The notes below the pieces were generated by a model that worked only from the letters and a program-made list of their open reading frames with translations, was not told the DNA's origin and searched no databases. This document shows positions 10,134 to 19,251 of a stretch of 64,000 nt of DNA, in pieces; within the stretch, counting starts at the first letter, position 1; each line of letters starts with the position of its first letter. Source of the DNA: an uncultured Porphyromonadaceae bacterium (GTDB lineage: Bacteria > Bacteroidota > Bacteroidia > Bacteroidales > Muribaculaceae). Location: positions 70,990-134,989 of the forward strand of contig CANPMT010000001.1 in the NCBI GenBank assembly GCA_947575235.1, written 5' to 3'. Both the position numbers and the translations under genes were made by a program.

Positions 10134-11396
10134 ATGAAAAATAAAGTGACTCCCGTGCTGCTTCTCACCGGTTATCTGGGAAGCGGCAAAACCACTCTTC
10201 TCAACCGGATCCTCAACAATAAGAAGGGGATCCGTTTTGCCGTTATCGTAAATGATATCGGCGAGGTAAACATCGATGCCGACCTTATTGCCAAAGGTGG
10301 CGTGGTGGGGAACGACGACGACAGTCTCGTGGCTCTGCAGAACGGTTGCATATGCTGCACCCTGAAAATGGACCTCATGCAGCAGCTCTCCGACCTTATC
10401 GACGGTGGCTTCGATTATATCGTAATCGAGGCAAGTGGAATATGCGAGCCTGAGCCGATTGCACAGACCATCTGCTCCATGCCTGTGATGGCCCCGAATC
10501 TGGTGCGCAACGGCATGCCGAAGCTCGACTGTATCGTAACTGTGGTTGACGCCCTCCGCCTTCAGAGCGAGTTCGCCAACGGCGACCGTCTCACCTCTCC
10601 TAAAATTGCCGAGGAGGATATCGAAAGTCTCGTTATTCAGCAGATTGAATTCTGCAACATCATCATCCTCAACAAAATTTCGGAGGTTACCCGCGAGGAG
10701 GCCGACCATATCAGGCAGGTAATCCGGGCAATCCAGCCAAAAGCTGAGATTATAGAAGCCGACTATTGCGACTTCAACCTCGACCGGATTCTCAACACCG
10801 ATATGTTCAATTTCGAGAAAACCGTCACCTCAGCCACCTGGATCCAGGAGATTGAGAAACCTCTCGATGATGAACATGAGCATCACCATCATCATCACCA
10901 TGATGAGGAGGAACATGAGCATCATCATCACCATCATGATGAGGAGGATCATTCACACTGCGATCATGAGCATGGCGTGTGCCACTGCCATCACCACCAT
11001 CATCATGAGGGTGGCGAAGTGGAGGAATACGGCATTGGCACATTTGTATATTACCGTCGCCGCCCGTTCGATATCAACAAGTTCGATTACTTCGTGGCGA
11101 AGCACTGGCCGGCGAGTGTGATCCGCGCCAAAGGTATATGCTATTTCAACGACAATACCGATATGTCGTATCTCTTCGAGCAGGCCGGTGTGCAGAAGAA
11201 GCTCACCGAGGCCGGACAATGGTATGCCACGGCCCCTGAGGATGAACTCCAGCGTATGCTCGCCACAGAACCGGGTCTCGCCCGCGACTGGGATGAAACC
11301 TACGGCGACCGTATGGAGAAGATTGTATTCATCGGCCAGAAGATGGACCGCGAGGCTATCACCGCCGCTCTCGACGCCTGCCTGACAGATTTATAA
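10134..11396 (+). CDS. COG0523/CobW-family metallochaperone GTPase
   Basis: GYLGSGKTT Walker A, VNDIGE, GCICC, EASG, NK motif, His-rich insert, CobW_C-type tail (IRAKG, WDETYGDRMEKIVFIG). Confidence 0.93.
   Translation: MKNKVTPVLLLTGYLGSGKTTLLNRILNNKKGIRFAVIVNDIGEVNIDADLIAKGGVVGNDDDSLVALQNGCICCTLKMDLMQQLSDLIDGGFDYIVIEASGICEPEPIAQTICSMPVMAPNLVRNGMPKLDCIVTVVDALRLQSEFANGDRLTSPKIAEEDIESLVIQQIEFCNIIILNKISEVTREEADHIRQVIRAIQPKAEIIEADYCDFNLDRILNTDMFNFEKTVTSATWIQEIEKPLDDEHEHHHHHHHDEEEHEHHHHHHDEEDHSHCDHEHGVCHCHHHHHHEGGEVEEYGIGTFVYYRRRPFDINKFDYFVAKHWPASVIRAKGICYFNDNTDMSYLFEQAGVQKKLTEAGQWYATAPEDELQRMLATEPGLARDWDETYGDRMEKIVFIGQKMDREAITAALDACLTDL
10872..10952 (+). repeat. Tandem duplication encoding the His-rich insert
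   Basis: Two near-identical ~39-bp units encoding EHEHHHHHHHDEE and EHEHHHHHHDEE. Confidence 0.75.
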
Positions 11397-11432
11397 AATA
11401 ACTGGCAGGTTTATAAAATAAGAGATATAACT

Positions 11433-11473
11433 AAGAGGGAGCCGTATCAATCAGATTCGGTTCCCTCTTTTTT
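11433..11473 (+). terminator. Intrinsic terminator
   Basis: aagagggagccg...cggttccctctt plus T tract. Confidence 0.8.
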
Positions 11474-11509
11474 ATCTCCACAAACAGAGCAAATCTAATA
11501 AATATGTAT

Positions 11510-11517
11510 TAACTTTG
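11510..11517 (+). promoter_or_regulatory. sigmaA -7 box for tyrA
   Basis: TAACTTTG about 50 bp upstream of the ATG. Confidence 0.65.
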
Positions 11518-11566
11518 CACCATCAATCAATAATTCTGTTTCTCAGGTAATATAACTGACATCAAT

Positions 11567-12340
11567 ATGAAAATCCTTATACTCGGAGCCGGAAAGATGG
11601 GCTCCTTCTTCTGCGACCTCCTCTCTTTCAACCACGACGTGGCCATATTCGACCCCGACCCTCAGCGTCTACGCTTCACCTTCAATGTGCAGCGTTTCCA
11701 GAAACCGGAAGAGGCCCGTGAGTTTGATCCCGACCTCGTGCTCAACGCAGCGACAGTAAAATACACTATCCCCGCATTCGAGGCTATCCTCCCATACATC
11801 CGTGAGAACGCCATCCTCAGTGATATCGCTTCCGTAAAGACAGGTCTCCCTGAATTCTACGCAAACGCCGGACATCCTTTCGTGAGCACACATCCCATGT
11901 TCGGCCCCACCTTTGCCTCGCTCTCAAACCTGCGCAATGAGAATGCCGTAATCATCAAGGAGGGCGACCACCTCGGGCGTGTTTTCTTCAAGGATATCTA
12001 CAACCAGCTCAAACTTAACGTTGTGGAATACACATTCGAGGAGCATGACGAGACCATCGCTTACTCCCTCTCCATACCATTCGCCTCCACCTTTGTCTTT
12101 GCCGGTATCATGAAGCATCAGGATGCCCCCGGCACCACTTTCAAACGCCATTTCGACATCGCACGTGGCGTTTTAGGCGAGGATGACCATCTGCTTACAG
12201 AAATCATGTTCAATCCTCACACCGCTTCCCAACTTGAGAAAATACGTGAGCAGCTCGGCACTCTCCAGGAGATTGTGAGCCAGCATGACTATGATGCCAT
12301 GAAGGCCTATCTTACACGCCTTCGCGGCAACATACGCTGA
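11567..12340 (+). CDS. tyrA: Prephenate dehydrogenase
   Basis: GAGKMG Rossmann motif, DIASVK, FVSTHPMFGP, EEHDETIAY. Confidence 0.92.
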   Translation: MKILILGAGKMGSFFCDLLSFNHDVAIFDPDPQRLRFTFNVQRFQKPEEAREFDPDLVLNAATVKYTIPAFEAILPYIRENAILSDIASVKTGLPEFYANAGHPFVSTHPMFGPTFASLSNLRNENAVIIKEGDHLGRVFFKDIYNQLKLNVVEYTFEEHDETIAYSLSIPFASTFVFAGIMKHQDAPGTTFKRHFDIARGVLGEDDHLLTEIMFNPHTASQLEKIREQLGTLQEIVSQHDYDAMKAYLTRLRGNIR

Positions 12341-12349
12341 CTTTATCAG

Positions 12350-12377
12350 AACCCCTTCTTGGTCTGAAACGTTATAT
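12350..12377 (+). promoter_or_regulatory. Putative alternative-sigma promoter, AAC-N17-GTT
   Basis: aacc-N16-cgtt(atat), same geometry as 3797-3820. Confidence 0.4.
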
Positions 12378-12444
12378 CCATGTGAATACCTTGTTATTCG
12401 CATGGATTTTTCACATCTTGATTATACTAAACACACATTCTACT

Positions 12445-13398
12445 ATGATCGAAAAGGTTTCCAACAAGATCAGGCACTTCTTCCATGTAGTGTCTAATAT
12501 CCGTCCTATCTTCTGGATTGGGCTCTATATTGCAATCACGCCGGTCTTTGCATTAATTTACTGGGCTCTTCCCGACGGACAGTTCCGCATACCGGATAAC
12601 GCCGGAACCGACTTTGGCTCCTGGCTCTATTACAGCATAGTCACTATCACAACTCTCGGCTTCGGTGATTATACCCCGGCTCACGGCTGGGCACAGGCCG
12701 TCACTGCCATTGAAGTGGTGTGTGGCCTGAGTATTTTTGGGTTCTTCCTTAACGCTGTCGGATCGATGAAGTCTGAGATTGATGTCGAATCGGAAGTTGT
12801 GAAACAGAAACAGGCCCACTTCGAGATGGAGAAACGGAAACTGCTTCTCACCATACCATCCATCATTCACAACCTGAATATATTCCTCTCTTATTGCTAC
12901 GCCCTGACCACCCCTGTTGACCGACGCAGCGACGACCAGCCTCAATATAATCCTGAATTCCAATTCAATGATATGGCCGACCTCTTCAAGCCATCCGGCT
13001 TATCATTCGATAATACCCGTCTCCCGGCTGTGGCCCGTTTTGTAAAATCTGCCGCTCAGACTTCTCTCAACCTCGATTCGCTCCAAACAAAGGTCGACCT
13101 TACCCTCTGGCCCGATATCCTGGAGAATTGCTTCGCTTTCGTGGCTAACTACCAGATGTTCTCCGCCACTGATGTCCTATCTCAGAAAGCGGATGCATTA
13201 CTTGCTGAAGGTGAAGAGATAAGTGCCGATAAAGCCGAAGCTAAGGTTGCCTCACAGATAGCCAACTGGACAGGCCCAGTCGACGTGAAGAAGGAACAGA
13301 ATCTCCAGCCAGTTATCGAACTCTATTTCTTTATCAAAGACAACGCGTCGCTTGCCCGTAAACTTGAAACAGCCCTTACCAAAATAGCCAATTCCTGA
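12445..13398 (+). CDS. Potassium channel family protein (2TM pore plus cytoplasmic domain)
   Basis: LYYSIVTITTLGFGDYTP selectivity-filter signature between two TM helices; ATG 12445 preferred to GTG 12382. Confidence 0.88.
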   Translation: MIEKVSNKIRHFFHVVSNIRPIFWIGLYIAITPVFALIYWALPDGQFRIPDNAGTDFGSWLYYSIVTITTLGFGDYTPAHGWAQAVTAIEVVCGLSIFGFFLNAVGSMKSEIDVESEVVKQKQAHFEMEKRKLLLTIPSIIHNLNIFLSYCYALTTPVDRRSDDQPQYNPEFQFNDMADLFKPSGLSFDNTRLPAVARFVKSAAQTSLNLDSLQTKVDLTLWPDILENCFAFVANYQMFSATDVLSQKADALLAEGEEISADKAEAKVASQIANWTGPVDVKKEQNLQPVIELYFFIKDNASLARKLETALTKIANS

Positions 13399-13400
13399 TT

Positions 13401-14633
13401 ATGACCACTCCTGCCACTAAACCACAGGCTGCCCCTCAGCAGTCGCAAGGACCCACAGGAGGCTATTACGCTTTCCTGATTCTTTATCTCGTGCTCCTCA
13501 GCGCGTTCGGTTCGTTTGTCAACGATATGTATCTCCCCACTCTCCCGGAGATGGTGAAATCTTTCCATACCAATGTGCCCACCGTGCAATTGGGCCTCAC
13601 ATCCGGTATGATCGGTCTCGGGTTCGGCGAATTGATTCTCGGCCCTCTCAGCGACCGTTATGGCCGCAAACCTATCCTGATCGGTGCGTTGATTGTGTTC
13701 TGCATAGGTGCAATGTGCAGCGTATGGTCAAAGACAATCCACGTCTTTATCTGGTGGAGACTCGTCCAGGGTCTCGGCGCATCAGGTGGCTATTTCCTCG
13801 CTCGCACCATACCGGCCGACCTCTACCAGGGACGCGCATTGGCCAAGGTAATGGCTCTTGTGGGTGCCATCAACGGTTTCGCGCCGGCAAGCGCGCCTGT
13901 CCTCGGTGGTCTCGTCGCTCGCTCGATAGGCTGGCAAGGTATCTTCTGGATTCTCTTCGGGTTCAGCGCACTTCTCCTTATGCTGGCCGTCCCCTTCCGT
14001 GAGTCGCTTCCCCCTGCCAGGCGTGTCAAGGGTCATTTCGGTGCCGCCTTCAGGAACTATGTCATATTGGCGAAAAACCGTCACTTCGTCACCCACGTCA
14101 TGCTGAAGGGCACAGCCCTCGGAGTTCTCTTCGCCTATATCTCCTCAATCCCGTTCATAATCCAGACCCATTACGGCTACACTCAGCTGCAGTTCGGACT
14201 CTTCATGGGTTTCAATGCCCTATTTGTGGCCACAGGCGCTATGGTGGCGCTCAAGTTCAAGCCATTGAAGCGCGCGGCGGTTGTGGCGGCACGCACCCTT
14301 ACTGTGGTGGTGATTGCCCAGGGAATATGTTTCTTCACCGTCGACAGTGTGTGGGTGTATGATGCGCTGAATCTTCCGATGCTCTTCTGCCTCGGAATGC
14401 TCTTCACTGTGGGTAACACCCTCGCCATGAACGAGGGTCGGGAGTGTGCCGGCGATGCCTCCGCACTTATCGGACTGGCAGGTTACATCTTCGGAGCCAT
14501 CGTGAGCCCGCTCGTCGGACTCGGCGACATACTCCACTCGACCGCCATTACAATCCTTGTGCTGAGCCTCCTCACTCTCCTCTTCGCCCACCTCTCGCGC
14601 GACCTCACACCCGACCTGGTGAAACAATCCTGA
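13401..14633 (+). CDS. Bcr/CflA-family multidrug efflux MFS transporter
   Basis: DMYLPTLP, GPLSDRYGRKP, APVLGG, WQGIF, F.ESLP motifs. Confidence 0.92.
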   Translation: MTTPATKPQAAPQQSQGPTGGYYAFLILYLVLLSAFGSFVNDMYLPTLPEMVKSFHTNVPTVQLGLTSGMIGLGFGELILGPLSDRYGRKPILIGALIVFCIGAMCSVWSKTIHVFIWWRLVQGLGASGGYFLARTIPADLYQGRALAKVMALVGAINGFAPASAPVLGGLVARSIGWQGIFWILFGFSALLLMLAVPFRESLPPARRVKGHFGAAFRNYVILAKNRHFVTHVMLKGTALGVLFAYISSIPFIIQTHYGYTQLQFGLFMGFNALFVATGAMVALKFKPLKRAAVVAARTLTVVVIAQGICFFTVDSVWVYDALNLPMLFCLGMLFTVGNTLAMNEGRECAGDASALIGLAGYIFGAIVSPLVGLGDILHSTAITILVLSLLTLLFAHLSRDLTPDLVKQS

Positions 14634-14651
14634 AAAAAAATAGAAAAAAAT

Positions 14652-14678
14652 TGTAACAAATGGTGCAATGCAACGTCT
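14652..14678 (+). promoter_or_regulatory. Putative ECF sigma promoter
   Basis: TGTAAC-N16-CGTCT directly upstream of ATG 14701. Confidence 0.5.
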
Positions 14679-14700
14679 TTTAAGAAAAGTCCATTGCATC

Positions 14701-17136
14701 ATGAATTTCTATAGACTGCTGACTGTTATAATCACCCTTTCATGCCTCCGGTTAAGCGCGGAGGCTTATTCGGTAAAGGGTGTGGTGACCGATTCTGTCG
14801 GTCAGCCGGAGAGTTTCGCCACTTTGCGTGTGTATCATCTTCCCGACTCCATACATCCCTCCACCTCCGCTCTCAGCGGCGAGGATGGAGGGTTCGCTAT
14901 CCCGCTCGACTCCTGTGGCGACTACCGCCTCAACCTCCTCTCTTTCGGAAAGGGTGAGCGAAATATAGATTTCTCAATCTCAACCTCAGCCCCCGTGGCC
15001 GATTTGGGCAAGATTGAAATGGCAAACTCCGGCAGCACTCTGGATGAGGTGGTGGTCACCGCACAGCGACCTCTCATCTCCAAGGAGATTGACCGTATCG
15101 GCTATGATGTGCAGGCCGACACCGAGGCAAAGACCTCACAGCTCGACGAGATTCTTAAGAAGGTGCCCCTGGTAAGCGTCGACCCTGACGGCACAATAAA
15201 GGTAAAAGGATCCACCGACTTCAAAATCTATAAGAACGGCCGCCCCAACAATTCCTTCTCGCGCAATGCCAAGGATATATTCAAGGCCCTCCCGGCTTCC
15301 ATGATAAAGAAAATCGAGGTTATAACCGACCCGGGCTCACGCGAGGACGCCGAGGGAACTGCCGCCATACTCAACATCGTCACAATGGAGAATACTGTCA
15401 TCAAAGGTGTCATGGGTAATGTCGGCCTAACCTATCGCACCAATAATGATAGTTATCCGGCTCCGAATATCTGGCTCTCGACCCAAATCGACAAGTTCAC
15501 CCTGTCGCTCTACGGTGGATCTCACGGCATGTCCCGCAAAGGGAACCGGAGCCGTTCGGAAAGTTTGCAGAAATACGAGGATTCCGGCAATGAACTCTAT
15601 TCCGAGAGCAACGGCGATGCCAAAGGTGATATCTATTATTTCGGCATAGACACAAGTCTCGAACTTGACACACTAAACCTGTTCACTGCTGAGTTCGGCG
15701 GATACGCATATAATTTCAACTCTGATTCCCACGGTTTTACACGTATGCTTGATGCCGCAGGCAACACCCTGTATTCATACAACACTCTAAACCATACCTC
15801 TCCCAACCGTTACTTCGATTTCAACGGAAATTTCAATTACCAACGCTCCACCCGCCGTAAGGATGAGACCATCATCTTCTCCTACATGATCTCTACCACC
15901 GACCAGAAACAGCATTCCTACTCTCTCTATGAGGATATCTTCAACCTCCCTGTTCCATACACCGGCACTGACAATGATTTCCATCTTAATTTCATCGAGC
16001 ATACCGGACAGATTGACTGGAGCCATCCAATCAATGAGCACAACAAGTTTGACTTAGGTGCGAAATATATCAACCGCAGCAACCATTCGATCAACAACCA
16101 GACCTATTTCGACTATAAGGACGAGTATACCAACTTCCTCCATCGCACTCAGGTGCTGGCTCTATATTATGACTACCGTATTAAGTATGGGCGCTTCGGT
16201 GCGCGTGCCGGTCTGCGTTATGAATACTCCCACCTCTCTGCCAAGTATAAAGATGGCAGCGGTGATCCTTTCTCAAGCAACCTCTCTGACTGGGTGCCGA
16301 ATGCTTCAGTATCTTACGATATAAATGATGCGAACACAATCAAATTTTCATACTCCACCCGCATCAACCGCCCGGGAATAAGCCAGTTGAACCCGGCGGT
16401 AGTCAGCTCTCCAAGCTCTATCTCATCGGGCAACCCTGACCTCTCCTCATCGCGTCACCAATCCATAGGATTCAACTATAATTTCCTGAGCCGGAAAATC
16501 AACCTCGATTTCAACGCATCCTATAGTTTCTCTAACAATGCCGTGATTTTCACACAGGAACTCATTGACGGCGACATTACACGAAGCTCATACGCCAATG
16601 CCGGGCGTAACCGCAATTTCAGTATGTCGCTCTGGACTCAATGGACAGTCAGCGCCAAGACCTCCCTGATGCTCAACGGAGGAGCTCAGTACAACCATAA
16701 TGAGAACGGTATGGCCGGTCTCTTCTCTTCCGGTTGGTCATACAACGCATATCTCCGCTTACGTCAGCAGCTCCCTTGGGAAATCAGCCTCTCGGCTTAC
16801 GCCGGAATGTGGAAATCCGGACCGAATGTCTACAGTTATACCCCATTCCATCTATCTGACCTCATCTTCTACGGTCTATCGCTCGACCGTTCTTTCCTCA
16901 AAGAGAGACGACTGAATATCCGTATCGACATCTCAAATCCATTCGGGAAGTCGGAACGTCTGTATGAATCAATTCCTCGCAACACCGGTTACACCGGATA
17001 TTCACGAAATTACAATACCAACTCGACCAATGTCGTCGGTTTCTCAGTAAGCTACCGTTTCGGCTCCCTGAATGCCTCCGTCAAGAAAACGGCCAAGTCA
17101 ATCTCAAACGACGACCTTGAAGGACGCAAAAACTGA
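14701..17136 (+). CDS. TonB-dependent receptor-like outer-membrane beta-barrel protein
   Basis: Signal peptide, N-terminal carboxypeptidase-regulatory-like domain, LDEVVVTA, plug motifs (LKKVPLVSVD, IKKIEVITDP), GNPDL, SYRFG near the C-terminus. ORF track start is 14668; 14701 preferred. Confidence 0.85.
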   Translation: MNFYRLLTVIITLSCLRLSAEAYSVKGVVTDSVGQPESFATLRVYHLPDSIHPSTSALSGEDGGFAIPLDSCGDYRLNLLSFGKGERNIDFSISTSAPVADLGKIEMANSGSTLDEVVVTAQRPLISKEIDRIGYDVQADTEAKTSQLDEILKKVPLVSVDPDGTIKVKGSTDFKIYKNGRPNNSFSRNAKDIFKALPASMIKKIEVITDPGSREDAEGTAAILNIVTMENTVIKGVMGNVGLTYRTNNDSYPAPNIWLSTQIDKFTLSLYGGSHGMSRKGNRSRSESLQKYEDSGNELYSESNGDAKGDIYYFGIDTSLELDTLNLFTAEFGGYAYNFNSDSHGFTRMLDAAGNTLYSYNTLNHTSPNRYFDFNGNFNYQRSTRRKDETIIFSYMISTTDQKQHSYSLYEDIFNLPVPYTGTDNDFHLNFIEHTGQIDWSHPINEHNKFDLGAKYINRSNHSINNQTYFDYKDEYTNFLHRTQVLALYYDYRIKYGRFGARAGLRYEYSHLSAKYKDGSGDPFSSNLSDWVPNASVSYDINDANTIKFSYSTRINRPGISQLNPAVVSSPSSISSGNPDLSSSRHQSIGFNYNFLSRKINLDFNASYSFSNNAVIFTQELIDGDITRSSYANAGRNRNFSMSLWTQWTVSAKTSLMLNGGAQYNHNENGMAGLFSSGWSYNAYLRLRQQLPWEISLSAYAGMWKSGPNVYSYTPFHLSDLIFYGLSLDRSFLKERRLNIRIDISNPFGKSERLYESIPRNTGYTGYSRNYNTNSTNVVGFSVSYRFGSLNASVKKTAKSISNDDLEGRKN

Positions 17137-17181
17137 GCGATAATTTTTGCAACCCCGCATTTTTTCCGTAATTTTGTGCTT

Positions 17182-17811
17182 ATGAAACTACTATCAGCAA
17201 TTTCCGGAATAATCCGGGTAAGATTATTATTGCTGCTGTTGGCTTTAGGCTGCACCACGGCCGCCACGGCACAATTGCGCTACGGCTTCCGTTTCGGAGG
17301 TGAGTTCGCGGCGGCATCGCTGAAGAATGCCGCCGGTTACCGGCTCGAGAACCGGAGCGGTTTCAGCGGGGGTCTCGCCCTTGAATATCAGGTGCCCGTA
17401 AATGGTCTTGCCGCCGACATAGCCGTGCTCTACACACGCTATAACACACGCATCGCCAACCCCGGCGAGGATAACCTGCATAGCTTCGGACGCAACTTCA
17501 TCGAGGTGCCCATTCATCTGAAATACAAATTCTGGCTTCATAGCACCAAAGATCTCTTCGGCCCCCTGGTCTACACCGGACCCTCTTTCATGATGGCTGT
17601 AGGGAGCAAGTCTGACAATCCTCTCTCAACTAAGCGTTTTCAGCCGGGCTGGGACGTGGGTATCGGGTTCGATATAATCAATTTCATACAGATAACCGGC
17701 GGCTACCGTTTCGGATTAGGGAATGCTGTCGATGCATTCAGCGCGGCCCCCGACGCCACCCTCCGCACAAACGGCTGGAATATCTCGGCCACCCTCCTGT
17801 TCGATTTCTAA
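17182..17811 (+). CDS. Outer-membrane beta-barrel (porin-family) protein
   Basis: Signal peptide, FIEVPIHLKYKF, YTGPSF, GGYRFGL, terminal Phe; TAATTTTG box at 17169-17176. Confidence 0.8.
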   Translation: MKLLSAISGIIRVRLLLLLLALGCTTAATAQLRYGFRFGGEFAAASLKNAAGYRLENRSGFSGGLALEYQVPVNGLAADIAVLYTRYNTRIANPGEDNLHSFGRNFIEVPIHLKYKFWLHSTKDLFGPLVYTGPSFMMAVGSKSDNPLSTKRFQPGWDVGIGFDIINFIQITGGYRFGLGNAVDAFSAAPDATLRTNGWNISATLLFDF

Positions 17812-17857
17812 GTTTCTCAGGGGTAATACCTGAATCTTTAAAAAACAATTACAAGAC

Positions 17858-18124
17858 ATGAATACAGATAAATTCATCAGTCTCCTCCGCGAGACAGTCA
17901 GCGAATATATCGCCGACGAGGAAGCATACAGCGATGACGCTCAGCTGCAGATCAACACCACAACGTGGGAGATGGAGATCGCCGACCCTGAGAACGACCT
18001 TCCCAACTGCGACTACTATCCCGTGATGGACCTCGTGCGCATGAGCACCACCCACCCCGGCAAGTGGGAACCCGACGAGGAGGCTATCGCCGATGTGGCG
18101 GCTGAATACGTCTTCACCGAATAA
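17858..18124 (+). CDS. Small acidic hypothetical protein
   Basis: 88 aa, host-like codon usage, AT-rich leader, fills the gap between co-oriented genes. Confidence 0.7.
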   Translation: MNTDKFISLLRETVSEYIADEEAYSDDAQLQINTTTWEMEIADPENDLPNCDYYPVMDLVRMSTTHPGKWEPDEEAIADVAAEYVFTE

Positions 18125-18241
18125 AAATAGGCTACCCGCCATCTTTTTACACTTCCGCTTACCTCAATTGTCACAAATATTGAGTAATTTTGCACCCAGA
18201 AAACAAGTGTGTCACCACACTCCCAAATAAACTATACAGCA

Positions 18242-19192
18242 ATGGCAACAACTTTGGTCAAGACTTCATTTGACTTTCCCGGACAGACCTCCGAGTATCA
18301 TGGCAAGGTGCGCGACGTCTATACCATCAACGATGACAAGATGGTGATGATCGCCACCGACCGCATCTCCGCATTCGACGTTATCCTCCCTGAAGGTATC
18401 CCCTACAAGGGTCAGGTGCTGAATCAGATCGCGGCATACTTCCTCGACGCGTCTGCCGAAATTGTCCCCAACTGGAAACTCGCCGTTCCCGACCCCATGG
18501 TCACCGTAGGCGTCAAGGCTGAGTCTTTCCCCGTTGAGATGATTATCCGTGGCTACCTCACAGGCAGCGCATGGCGCGAGTATCAGAACGGTTGCCGCGA
18601 ACTATGCGGTGTGAAACTTCCCGACGGTATGCGCGAGAACGAACGCTTCCCCGAACCCATCATCACCCCTACAACCAAAGCGGCCGAGGGTCACGATGAG
18701 AATATCTCACGCGAGGAGATTATCGCCCAGGGCCTCGTGAGCGAGGAGAATTACAAGGTGATGGAGGAGTACACCCGCAAGCTCTTTGAACTCGGTTCAA
18801 AGATGGCTGCCGACAAGGGACTTATTCTTGTCGACACCAAATATGAGTTCGGTCTCCGCGACGGCAAGGTTATCCTCATCGACGAGATCCATACTCCCGA
18901 CTCTTCACGCTATTTCTATGCCGACGGCTATCAGGAGCGTTTCGAGAAGGGTGAGGCCCAGCGTCAGCTCAGCAAGGAGTTCGTGCGCCAGTGGCTTATC
19001 GATAATGGTTTCATGGGTAAGGAGGGTCAGAAAGTGCCCGAGATGAGCCCCGAATTCATCCAGAGTGTCTCTGAACGCTACATCGAACTCTATGAGCATA
19101 TCACAGGCCAGAAATTCGTGAAGGCTGACGGCCAGGACCTTACCTACCGCATCTTCCGTAACGTCTCTGTCTGCCTCAATTCCCTGTCATAA
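18242..19192 (+). CDS. purC: Phosphoribosylaminoimidazolesuccinocarboxamide (SAICAR) synthase
   Basis: [53 protein letters not shown]; -7 box TAATTTTG at 18185-18192. Confidence 0.97.
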   Translation: MATTLVKTSFDFPGQTSEYHGKVRDVYTINDDKMVMIATDRISAFDVILPEGIPYKGQVLNQIAAYFLDASAEIVPNWKLAVPDPMVTVGVKAESFPVEMIIRGYLTGSAWREYQNGCRELCGVKLPDGMRENERFPEPIITPTTKAAEGHDENISREEIIAQGLVSEENYKVMEEYTRKLFELGSKMAADKGLILVDTKYEFGLRDGKVILIDEIHTPDSSRYFYADGYQERFEKGEAQRQLSKEFVRQWLIDNGFMGKEGQKVPEMSPEFIQSVSERYIELYEHITGQKFVKADGQDLTYRIFRNVSVCLNSLS

Positions 19193-19237
19193 CTCAGAGA
19201 GTTCTGAGTCCTCTGAGAACTCTGAGAACTCTGAGAA
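19192..19237. repeat. 9-bp tandem repeats plus short inverted repeat
   Basis: actcaga-gagt-tctgagt followed by (ctctgagaa)x3. Confidence 0.8.
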
Positions 19238-19251
19238 AAATCCAGACACAA

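Noticed and set aside
11390-11421. tttataaaataa direct repeat at the COG0523 stop
   Set aside because: Short AT-rich duplication of the gene end; no evidence of an att site or mobile element.
11567-12340. tyrA as substrate supplier to the decarboxylase
   Set aside because: It has its own terminator-separated sigmaA promoter; proximity alone is insufficient.
19192-19237. Possible CRISPR or mini-array
   Set aside because: Units are 9 bp with no spacers and there are no cas genes.
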